64,000 bases of DNA. It comes from Naegleria gruberi (Eukaryota). Where the stretch lies: the NCBI GenBank assembly GCA_000004985.1, contig GG738875.1; one strand, given 5' to 3'. Within the stretch, counting starts at the first letter, position 1, and the number at the start of each line of letters is the position of its first letter. This document shows, in pieces, positions 40,911 to 49,655 of the stretch. Both the position numbers and the translations under genes were made by a program. Under the pieces are notes generated by a model. The model had not been told where the DNA came from, ran no database searches, and saw only the letters and a list, made by a program, of their open reading frames with translations.

Positions 40911-42194
40911 TTAGAGGTGTTTTTCAAAGGTAAGGTGAGCTGTTGGTAGGAATCGACTATATCTTCTCATTTTCACAACAGAAAAGCCATTCTTTTTGTA
41001 AAAGTCAACTGCTGCTGCTTGTAGAGAACTAGTGGAGAGAACAATTGTTTTGTATCCCTTTTCTTTGCTCCATTTCACAAGGTGGTTGAGCATTAGAGAG
41101 GCAACACCTTTTCGTTTCATTGAACTGGATACGCTCATTCTTTTCAATTCTACTGTCTCTTCCTGATTGGCTCTCTTTCGAACACCAATGGTTCCAACTA
41201 TTTCTCCTGTTGATTTTAGTTGAGCCACCCAAAAGTGATTATCTTCATCCCAAATGTAGAACTTTTGAATATTAGACATGTCACTATATTTAAATTGTTG
41301 ATAAATATAAGATCTGGCAGAATAATCGACATATTTAGACAAGCCACAAAGCAGTAATACAACCATACTTGTGCAGGTAATAAAGGTAGAAATTATAGCA
41401 TAAATTGTAGAAGACGCTGATAAATTAGTGAATGAGAGAATGATGGAAAGGAGGGATGTTGTATTGCTATTGGTCGTGGAGGATGAATCATCTGGATTAA
41501 ATAATAATTTAATAATTCCAAATTGAAATATAAACGATGAAATATAGAATAGGGATAGTATTGAAAATACTTGTATAATTCCGAAATGATGAATGAATAA
41601 ATAGAATGTTTGTAAATAAGTTGGTACTATAGACTTGATTCCTTCCACAAAGATCTTGTTCACTTGCTTTTCGTCAGTCTCGTAATTGTATGATCTTATA
41701 ATGATTGAATCGTTAGAATTGTGTAATAATATTTCTTCATTACATGTTTTCCTTAAAGAAGGTGTATTTTGATAAACTTGTTTTTCATACTCGCAAGCCT
41801 GCTGTTCGTATTGTTGTTGTTGATGATCAACAAGGCTTTGAGCATTATTCTCTATATTTGATCTTTCATTCATTCCTAATATTTCTTCTTGTTTTCTATT
41901 GTCATTATTTTGTGGTTCTTGTTGTTGCTGATGATGGTAATTACTAATAGTAGTAGTATTAATATTATTATTATTTGCTGTTGAAGAAGATGTTAATATT
42001 ATGCCCTCTTTTTCTTGTGCAGGGAGAATCCTTCGAATTGTGTTGTTGTTTTTTCGAGCCTTGTCGAGTATTATTGCTGTTGATGAACCTTCACATGATG
42101 ATGATCCGAGAAATAAAGGATCAACATCATCATCTGTTGGCTTGTGATGGACTTCTTCTAATTCGCGACTGTGGTAGGAGAGTACGATCACCAT
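40911..42194 (-). CDS. Membrane-associated GNAT acetyltransferase (NAT8/camello-like).
   Basis: The N-terminal region is Q/N-rich. Hydrophobic spans follow. The C-terminal GNAT fold reads IVGTIGVRKRANQEETVELKRMSVSSSMKRKGVASLMLNHLVKWSKEKGYKTIVLSTSS. Confidence 0.7.
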   Translation of the reverse strand: MVIVLSYHSRELEEVHHKPTDDDVDPLFLGSSSCEGSSTAIILDKARKNNNTIRRILPAQEKEGIILTSSSTANNNNINTTTISNYHHQQQQEPQNNDNRKQEEILGMNERSNIENNAQSLVDHQQQQYEQQACEYEKQVYQNTPSLRKTCNEEILLHNSNDSIIIRSYNYETDEKQVNKIFVEGIKSIVPTYLQTFYLFIHHFGIIQVFSILSLFYISSFIFQFGIIKLLFNPDDSSSTTNSNTTSLLSIILSFTNLSASSTIYAIISTFITCTSMVVLLLCGLSKYVDYSARSYIYQQFKYSDMSNIQKFYIWDEDNHFWVAQLKSTGEIVGTIGVRKRANQEETVELKRMSVSSSMKRKGVASLMLNHLVKWSKEKGYKTIVLSTSSLQAAAVDFYKKNGFSVVKMRRYSRFLPTAHLTFEKHL

Positions 42195-42508
42195 TCTTTA
42201 TTATTATTATCAGTAGTGGTCAATGGAAACTCTTGATGTCCTTCATCTTGTACAATGGCTTCATCAATAACATTTTCATGATGATGATGAGAATAAGTCA
42301 CTCCCTCCTGATCAAAAGCAGTAGAGCTCGTGGAAAGAACGTGATTATCTCTTGATATTTTGCCAATCATCATGAAGAGGTTTTCTTCTTGATCCAAGTT
42401 TAAACTGTCGGAATTGTTCTTCTTCTTACTACTACTAATACTACTACTATTATCACAATCCAATAACATCATAAGAGAAGATAATGGTTGTAACACAACA
42501 GATCCCAT
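42188..42508 (-). CDS. Upstream ORF overlapping the start of 40911..42194 in the +1 frame. It could be a separate small ORF or an N-terminal extension interrupted by a frameshift.
   Basis: 106 codons of S/N/H-rich sequence. They terminate at a TGA that overlaps the downstream ATG (AATGGTGA). Confidence 0.25.
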   Translation of the reverse strand: MGSVVLQPLSSLMMLLDCDNSSSISSSKKKNNSDSLNLDQEENLFMMIGKISRDNHVLSTSSTAFDQEGVTYSHHHHENVIDEAIVQDEGHQEFPLTTTDNNNKEW

Positions 42509-42992
42509 ATTGATTCTATTCTTTTGTTTAAAGAATCAAAATTGAATTCTTATGTGTGTTTTTGAAATGCACAGAGAGAATAGAGAATCAATAGAGATGA
42601 GACTTTTCTCGATATTGAGAAGTTGAATTGAGAAATTCCAGATTTTTAGTAAAGACAATATCTATTTTCTCTTCTTCTACTACTATTCTTTCTGAGGTTC
42701 TTACTTTTGTGAGAGGATAACAGAGAGGCGTTGTTTTTTCTTTGGAAATGTTATTGCAACTTCAGGAATGATTCTTTTGAAGTTTCGAATAATTTGTTAT
42801 CACCATGAAATTCGGTTTACAATGTGGATGAGAGTACGTTTATGGTTATTGTCAAAATAGAGTACATCAATGCATAGTAATGGACAGAAAAGAACTCTTT
42901 ACCAAACTCAAATCAAACAAATCGAAAAAATTCCATAACACAAATTTGTTTTTTAAGAAATCAAAAGAATAAAATTAACAATATAAAATGGA

Positions 42993-43066
42993 TACAGCGA
43001 GCGGGGCTTGAACCCGCGACCTTAAGCGTGTTAGGCTTACGATCTAACCAACTGATCTATCGCTGC
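42993..43066 (-). tRNA. tRNA-Val (anticodon AAC).
   Basis: The reverse complement is GCAGCGATAGATCAGTTGGTTAGATCGTAAGCCTAACACGCTTAAGGTCGCGGGTTCAAGCCCCGCTCGCTGTA. It has a 7-bp acceptor stem, a GTTCAAG T-loop, the anticodon loop CTAACAC, discriminator A, and a T-run two nt after the 3' end. Confidence 0.9.
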
Positions 43067-43289
43067 TTACATTCAACATGAAATTTTTCTTAATATCTAT
43101 TTACCAAAATTTACACAGCTGCTTTTCCTCGAGCCGTCTTACTGTTTCCATTTAGTGCTCAAGCCATTCACATTAATCCACCCGAGCTTTTTTTCTATGA
43201 GCATGTACCAATTCAGTTTCTCCTTTTCACGTTTGATTTAAAACGCACGCAAAGTCCAAAACATGAATTTCAAAACTCAATCATAAAAA

Positions 43290-44597
43290 ATGTCTTCAAC
43301 TCAAAACACTAAAATTCCAACCTATCGTTTGCTTGGTAACTCTGGTCTCAGAGTATTCCCACTCTGTTTAGGAGCCATGCACTTTGGCTATAATGAAACA
43401 TTCTCCAATGCATTTGTAAGTTTCAAAACTTTCATTTATATTGGGTTGATCACCATATATTATTAGGGTATTGGCAGTTCCGATGAAGAAAGTGAGAAGA
43501 TTTTCTTAAAGTACATTCAATTGGGAGGTAATTTCATTGATACGTAAGTAGTAGTTGACCAAAACTATATCTCTAAATGAATTTCAAAGTGCCAATATTT
43601 ACTCATTAGGTAGCAGTGAAATCTTGATCGGTGAATTGATCAAGAAGCACAACATTGATCGTGATACCTTGGTAATTGCTACAAAATACTCTGGACCAAC
43701 TCCAGGTGTTACTGGTCCAAATGCTGCAGGAAATAATAAGAAAAATCTGTTCAAAGCTGTTGATGATTCATTGAAGAGATTGCAAACTCATTATATTGAT
43801 TTATTATATGTCCACTTTTGGGATTTCACTCTTGATGTTACTCAATTGGTTCGTTGGTAAGTAATTTGAGTTTATTCCAATTTCGAATACAATTTCATTA
43901 AGGTTGGACGAATTGGTTAAGAGTGGTAAAGTTCTTCATGTTGCCATCAGTGACACCCCAGCATGGATTGTCTCTAGAGCCAATACCTATGCTGAACAAA
44001 ACGCCCTCACTCCATTCACAGCCTATCAAGGAAGATATTCACTCGTTGATCGTGGCCAAGATCAAGATGTAATTCCAATGAGCAAGGCATTGAATATTGC
44101 AACTGTGCCATGGTAAGTGTGTGTGCATTTTCTATATATATATATATATATGGAAATTAATATGTTAATATCATGATGAATATTATGATGAATATAGGGG
44201 AATTGTTGGACAAGGTAAATTGACTGGTGTTAGAACTCGTGAATCAGATCAAGATGCCAAGAGAAAATTTGTGGAAATTAGTGAACAAGACGCCAAAGTT
44301 CAACAAGTTGTATTTGATATTGCTAAAGAAATTGGTCGTTCTCCAACTCAAGTAGCTATTAATTGGGTTTTGGGAAGAACCACTAGTCCAATTCTTGGTA
44401 CTAGAACTTTGGAACAATTTGAAGATGCTGTCAAAAGTCTTGAATTTGAATTGAGTCAAGAACAACTTGAAAGATTGAACAAGGCAAGTGAAAATTCACC
44501 AGCTGTCATTTTCCCTCACAGTTTTATTGGAAATAGTTTTGATACTAATCGGTGGTTGTTCCTTGGAGGTGATAAGACTTACAATATTACAAATTAA
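43290..44597 (+). CDS. Aldo-keto reductase (Kv-beta / aryl-alcohol dehydrogenase-like): join(43290..43415, 43467..43543, 43590..43856, 43903..44112, 44198..44597).
   Basis: Four introns of 51, 46, 46 and 85 nt, all GTAAGT...AG. Spliced, the product reads ...LGNSGLRVFPLCLGAMHFG...GGNFIDTANIYSLGSSEILIGELIKKHNIDRDTLVIATKY...HYIDLLYVHFWD...LVKSGKVLHVAISDTPAWIV...VPWGIVGQGKLTG...VAINWVLGRTTSPILGTRTLEQFEDAV. Confidence 0.85.
44133..44151. repeat. (TA)9 microsatellite, preceded by a (GT)4-5 run, inside AKR intron 4.
   Basis: Direct reading of ctatatatatatatatatatatg. Confidence 0.8.
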
Positions 44598-45151
44598 AGT
44601 TGAATCTTTGTAAATAAAATATATTGATGAGGAAGAGCCTTCGCCAATATATGATTTGATTTATTTAACAAGTCTATTTATCATGTCAAGTTAAAGATTA
44701 AAATATTGATATGCTTGTATTTCTTTATCAATTTGAATTAATTTCAAATCAAATTTCATATTATATTGAAAAACAACATGGAAATATTTGCTTATCAAAG
44801 TATGCGGCAGATGCCTTTTTAAACAGTGGTGACGGTTTAATAGATTTTATTAAGGATCATGATGAAGAGTATATAAATGGAAGGGCAAATAGTGACCTCT
44901 ATTTAATTCAAAAAAAATGGAGCCAGATGATACTCGAACAGAGCAACCAACTAACAAGTTTTTCTATAATGGCGATCCAAATGATGCAGTGACAGACAGG
45001 AAAATAATAGACTTTTTGAATAAATTGGTGCTAGACAACAAATGTGTAAACATTACACCATCCGAACTGGATGCTGATTCTATTATTACAGATTTTGATA
45101 TCGAGTGAATAAACATCATCAATGCTGTTTCACAATATCACACTTTTTTGA

Positions 45152-45262
45152 CCTCGTCTGGATCTTGACATTGAATTATTGGCTTCATTGTCCATACAGA
45201 ATCAAAGACTGATAGTAGAGATTGTCGCCATATTCGTGGCAGGCTTCTAGTCTAAATTATAA
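45152..45262 (+). repeat. Left copy of an inverted repeat pair of about 100 bp. Its partner is at 48972..49066.
   Basis: The core GATTGTCGCCATATTCGTGGCAGGCTTC is nearly identical to the reverse complement of 48983..49010 (GAAGCCTGCCAGGAATATGGCGACAATC). Homology extends both ways: CATTGTCCATACAGAATCAAAGACTG versus CACTGTTCATACAGTCAAAGACTG. Confidence 0.7.
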
Positions 45263-45488
45263 TGTTTCAATACAGTGAATAAACAACTTATTCCCTTCTT
45301 AATAAAGTTTCAACCTGTAATGAAAGAAATCTTCATCAATTTACTACCTTTATTACTGAGAAGAAAGTTTTCAGCAAAATTCTTCAATATTCACTCTTGG
45401 GAGATTTCAGAGAAATTATTGAATGATGGTTGTACCCACAGGTCCACGTTGTTTTCTTATTCAATATTAAGATTTTAAGATAGGAAAT

Positions 45489-45606
45489 GACTACGGCCAT
45501 ATCACGATCCATGCACCTCATCCCGTCCGATTTGAGAAGTTAAGCATCGTCGAGCCACATCAGTACTGAGGTTGGAGACAACTTGGGAACCTGTGGTGCT
45601 GTAGTC
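45489..45606 (+). rRNA. 5S rRNA gene, copy 2.
   Basis: GACTACGGCCATATCACGATCCATGCACC...GGTGCTGTAGTC followed by TTTT. Confidence 0.9.
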
Positions 45607-46290
45607 TTTTACTCTTTTTGTACAGTATCAAGATTAAGTGTTAACTTTGTCAGTTAAATTCCATTAACAATTAATATGTGTGTGATGAATTCACCAATTT
45701 ATAAACAAATAAATGTTGATTGTTAAAAATTGTCGTGTGTTAAAAGGCATGGGTGGAGTTGCGCCACCAACACTTCAGAGAAATGAGCTGATCGTGATGT
45801 TAGAATTACACTACATGCCTCAAATGCAGTGTAATTTTACAAGCATTCTAACCTTCAGATTGTTTTAAATGTTCACTTCATTATGGTATAATTCTTTTTT
45901 TAAAAACAGAATTCAGCCAACTCTGAAATGGAAGCTTCAATTAATCGATGCTTTAATTCTCGTTAGTTATGTAACATATGATATTTCATCGTAAATGAAC
46001 TGTTTAACACTGTTAATATGGATCATTTTAGCACAATGTGGACATTATACTAAGGCCAACTAAGGAATCATTTTATTACGAATGAAATTGGGTGAAAGGG
46101 ATCTGTGAGAAGAATCTTATTCGAAAGTGATTACTTGGTTTGTATCAATAGAAAATTGCAAATATTTATACAACCAATGACAACAAGAATATTAATTACT
46201 TTTCCAGTTGATGATCATAAAAAGGAACAACAAACGTCACTCATCAATTAATAAAATAAATCAAAAAAATTAAAAAAATATTAAAAAAAA

Positions 46291-47712
46291 ATGACAACAA
46301 GAATCAACATTCTCCCTGACGAATTACAACTCGCTGCAGGTGTCTTGTCTTTACCAAACATTTTCGAAATCAAGTATTCTGCACCAGTTCGTCTCTACAA
46401 AGCAGCCAATAATAATCAATGGTCATATGCCAATTCTTATGGAATTTTGACAGTTACATTGGTTGAAAAACAATCAGTAGTAATGATTCGGTTGGTAGAT
46501 TTGAAGAGTAAATCAGTTACTATGGAACAAGAATGTTATGAAGGTTTCGACTATCAAACACTTTCTTCCAATTTTCATGCATTCGAATCTGATGATGGTT
46601 TTGTTGGATTGTTATTTGCTGAAAGATTTGATGCTGATCAATTTGCCAAGCAAGTTTGTCAACTCATTCGTTTGAAAGCAACTGGTTCTATCAATGGTGG
46701 TTCAACTCCAAGTTTGCCTTCAACTAAACCTTCTGTTAATGTGAGAAGTGACAGTTCTGATTCTTCTTCACCAACTGGTAATGCTGGTTCCAGTACTGCA
46801 CCACCTACTCCAGTGAAGAAGACTAGTCCTCCTCCATCTACTCCTCCACCAGTTGCTAACAAGCCAACTGCTGTCAATACTTCAATTGCTGCCAGTAGCT
46901 CAGTACATACTACTAGCACTTCCCATAAGGAACCTGAAAAGAAACACACTTCTAGCAATAGTGGTGGAGGTAGTAGCAGTAGTGGAGGTGGTGGTGGTTT
47001 ATTCTCCAAGATTTTCGGAACAAAGAATAAGGACCAAATTCCTGACCGTTCACAAATCAAAATTTCTGGACCAAAGGTTGACAAGTTTAAACACGTTTCA
47101 CACATTGGTTTTGATCCAAAAAGTGGATTTACAGACATCCCTCCGGAGTTAAAAACTATATTTGCGAAGGCGGGCATTTCTGAAGATGAATTGAAAGATA
47201 AGAAAACTGCCAAATTTTTAATGAAGACACTTGTCACTGTCACATCAGATGCTCCTCCACCTCCTTCTTTGGATGTTCCAAGTGGAAGACCACAACCTCC
47301 ACCAACCCCAGGAACTAGATCAACCCCTCCTCCACCTCCTTTCAAGGGAGCTAGCTCAAATGCTCCTTCTAACTCAAGTGCCATTGGAGTTGGTGGTTTT
47401 GTTCCTCCTCCACCAACCAATGTTCCTCCTCCACCAGTTGTCGATCTCTCTGTTAAGCCTAGAGTATCTGTTGCAAGTCCAGCAACTGATTCTGATGGTG
47501 GTGCCTCAGGTGGAGTTGACATGCTTTCTGAAATTAAAAATAAGAAATTGAGAAATGTAAAGCAAGAAGATTTACCAGAATTCAAGAATATGGCTGAAAG
47601 TGATCAAAACAATTTGGCAGCCAAGATTGCAGGTATTATGGAACTTCGTCGTGGTAATATTGAATATTCCAGTGAAGATGAGGAAAGTGATGATGATGAT
47701 TGGGAATTGTAA
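46291..47712 (+). CDS. WASP-family actin nucleation-promoting factor (WH1-CRIB-polyPro-WH2-acidic).
   Basis: N-terminal WH1/EVH1 domain. CRIB motif IKISGPKVDKFKHVSHIGFDPKSGF. Long PPPP tracts. WH2 reads DMLSEIKNKKLRNVK. The acidic tail is SEDEESDDDDWEL, with the conserved Trp. Confidence 0.8.
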   Translation: MTTRINILPDELQLAAGVLSLPNIFEIKYSAPVRLYKAANNNQWSYANSYGILTVTLVEKQSVVMIRLVDLKSKSVTMEQECYEGFDYQTLSSNFHAFESDDGFVGLLFAERFDADQFAKQVCQLIRLKATGSINGGSTPSLPSTKPSVNVRSDSSDSSSPTGNAGSSTAPPTPVKKTSPPPSTPPPVANKPTAVNTSIAASSSVHTTSTSHKEPEKKHTSSNSGGGSSSSGGGGGLFSKIFGTKNKDQIPDRSQIKISGPKVDKFKHVSHIGFDPKSGFTDIPPELKTIFAKAGISEDELKDKKTAKFLMKTLVTVTSDAPPPPSLDVPSGRPQPPPTPGTRSTPPPPPFKGASSNAPSNSSAIGVGGFVPPPPTNVPPPPVVDLSVKPRVSVASPATDSDGGASGGVDMLSEIKNKKLRNVKQEDLPEFKNMAESDQNNLAAKIAGIMELRRGNIEYSSEDEESDDDDWEL

Positions 47713-48095
47713 ATATTTCAAAAACATATATTAATTGCAATAATACAAATCGGTTTATCGTATTTGTGAGCTACATTGTAATTTGTAATAAAATATCACA
47801 AAATGGAATTCAAGAAAAGTTTTAATGATTGATTGGCTAACAAATCAGTTAGTTGACAACACAACTTATTTCCCTCAAGTATTTTCGATTAATTTCAAAT
47901 TGAAAATATTTGGAAATATTTAATGCTTTATGAATATCACCATCTGTTCCATTATAATAGTGTCTCCATAAGGTTCTAATCTTATCCTTACTGAATTATC
48001 AAACACTGAATTGAACTCTCTTATATTGAATCACTTCGGCATTGAATCCAATAGTGGGTATCTACTTTCTCATCTAATTGAATCTTGACAGACTT

Positions 48096-48616
48096 GATGT
48101 TTTACCAGCATCCAAACCTAATGAACATGGATTGACCCATTCCCACAAGTTTGGTCAATTCGATCCAATTAGAACCTTCAACACCAATATTATTATTGCT
48201 AATATCAAGAATGGTCAACTTCTTCCCAATCCAAGTGTTAATTCATTCAATTATTTTATGAATACTGATCCTTTCTCTACAATATCATTATGACCAATAC
48301 CAAGTTTAATTAACTGTTTCAGTTTGCTAATATATTTAGCTCCTTCACCACTAACGCGATTGTAATACATCAAGTTTGGTTAATTGTTTCATTTCACTAA
48401 TGGATTTAGCTCCTCCATCTCCAATGTTATTAATGCTAATATCAAGATTAGCTCTTTCATTCCCCCAATGAATTTAGCACCTCTTTCTCCAAAATTATTT
48501 TGATTAATAGAAAGATTAGTTAATTGATTCATTTCGCTAATATCCATTTCTGTTAATCCATTCATCAAATTAAATATTTTACAATTAAATATTTTAGAAA
48601 CATTTCTAAGTTCCAC
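48096..48616 (-). pseudogene. Decayed ribonuclease-inhibitor-type leucine-rich-repeat gene fragment.
   Basis: RI-LRR units (LTxLxIxxNxIGxxGAKxI) are readable in three different frames. They are ...MNQLTNLSINQNNFGERGAKFIGGMKEL..., then ...YYNRVSGEGAKYISKLKQLIKLGIGHND..., then ...KLTILDISNNNIGVEGSNWIELTKL.... At least two 1-nt frame breaks and one stop separate them, and there is no room for introns. Confidence 0.5.
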
Positions 48617-48971
48617 TTTTAAAGTTCAACATTTTGCAAAAATCGACCTTCCATTACTTTCGAATCCTTTTCCAATTTTTAATTAAAGAAAGTTTCATTT
48701 CCGAAAAATTGACATTCTGTCACTGTGTTGAAACCAATGCACAATTCATCACCAGAAATTTAAAATCATGATTGTGATGAGATAGAATTTCATCAGGAAA
48801 GAGAATGTGTTTGCTCATTTTTTTGGGTTTTGTAAATTTCAAAGTTGCGCCAACAATAGGCTCTAAGAATGTGGGTTTGATAAGCACACGATTTAAAAGA
48901 ATGAGGATCAGGATTGGATCTTACTAAATCAATGCAAAAGGAATATATGTTGAAAACGATTTCAATTGTTA

Positions 48972-49066
48972 ATTTGGACGGGAAGCCTGCCAGGAATATG
49001 GCGACAATCCCGCTACAGTCTTTGACTGTATGAACAGTGAATTCAAGAGTTCTTGGACGAATCTTG
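48972..49066 (-). repeat. Right copy (inverted) of the repeat at 45152..45262.
   Basis: See the feature at 45152..45262. Confidence 0.7.
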
Positions 49067-49226
49067 TTTGTTCAGGTTATTGAAGAAAGTAAAAAGGTCG
49101 ATCACTCTTCTATTTATTGATCATTAGATATGTTGAATTGCTCGATGAAAATTTTGGTTTCCTATTTTCTTATCATTTCGAAATTGAAACTTCACCTTAC
49201 TTAAGAATTAAAAAAGACTGGTTCTC

Positions 49227-49472
49227 TTATTTTCTCTTTTCAATCTTTCGAATTTCCACTTGTTTTGCCTTCTCTTCAAACTTTTTAATTTCACTTTTAT
49301 ATAACTTCAGCCATCTATCTTCAATTACTCTATTTCTTTCCTCTCCAGTTAATCCTCTTCTAAAATGAATCCTCTTCCAACAATCTTCCTGAAAAATCCT
49401 AAATGCATTACTCATCTTGATGATCTTCTTTGTTATTTTCTGTTTGTTGGGTTTTAATTCATCAATTGACAT
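49227..49472 (-). CDS. Hypothetical small basic protein (81 aa).
   Basis: The ATG follows GTAAAAATG. The ORF is K/R/E-rich. No domain recognised. Confidence 0.3.
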   Translation of the reverse strand: MSIDELKPNKQKITKKIIKMSNAFRIFQEDCWKRIHFRRGLTGEERNRVIEDRWLKLYKSEIKKFEEKAKQVEIRKIEKRK

Positions 49473-49655
49473 TTTTACTTTCTTTTGGATTGGGTGTTGT
49501 AATGGAAGAGGACGATTTACTGGTGGAACTCTTTTTCTCTTAAGAATGTTTTCATTTTTTTTGTTAAATTATTTGATTGGTTTTGTAACAGACCCAACAT
49601 TTGGACGGTTTCAACTTTACAAAAATTGGTAAATATTAAAATCTCTATCAATGTT

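Noticed and set aside
42170-42260. A mini-intron joining ORF 42188..42508 to the NAT8-like ORF.
   Set aside because: The only GT...AG pair (a 35-nt GTTTCC...AAAG) leaves an in-frame TGA two codons later. A single-nucleotide frameshift or a separate uORF explains the layout better.
46659-47585. A 308-codon minus-strand ORF (G/P/L-rich) and two plus-strand alternate-frame ORFs inside the WASP gene.
   Set aside because: They are mirror and alternate-frame readings of the proline-rich (CCN-repeat) WASP coding region. WASP itself has a coherent WH1-CRIB-polyPro-WH2-acidic architecture.
48283-48620. I first read the LRR-like repeats together with other LRR/F-box ORFs as BspA-type repeats of Trichomonas, which would make this a parabasalid genome.
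   Set aside because: The repeats are of the ribonuclease-inhibitor type rather than BspA/TpLRR. The window also encodes COX15, which needs an aerobic mitochondrion, and several genes carry canonical spliceosomal introns. Both are inconsistent with Trichomonas.
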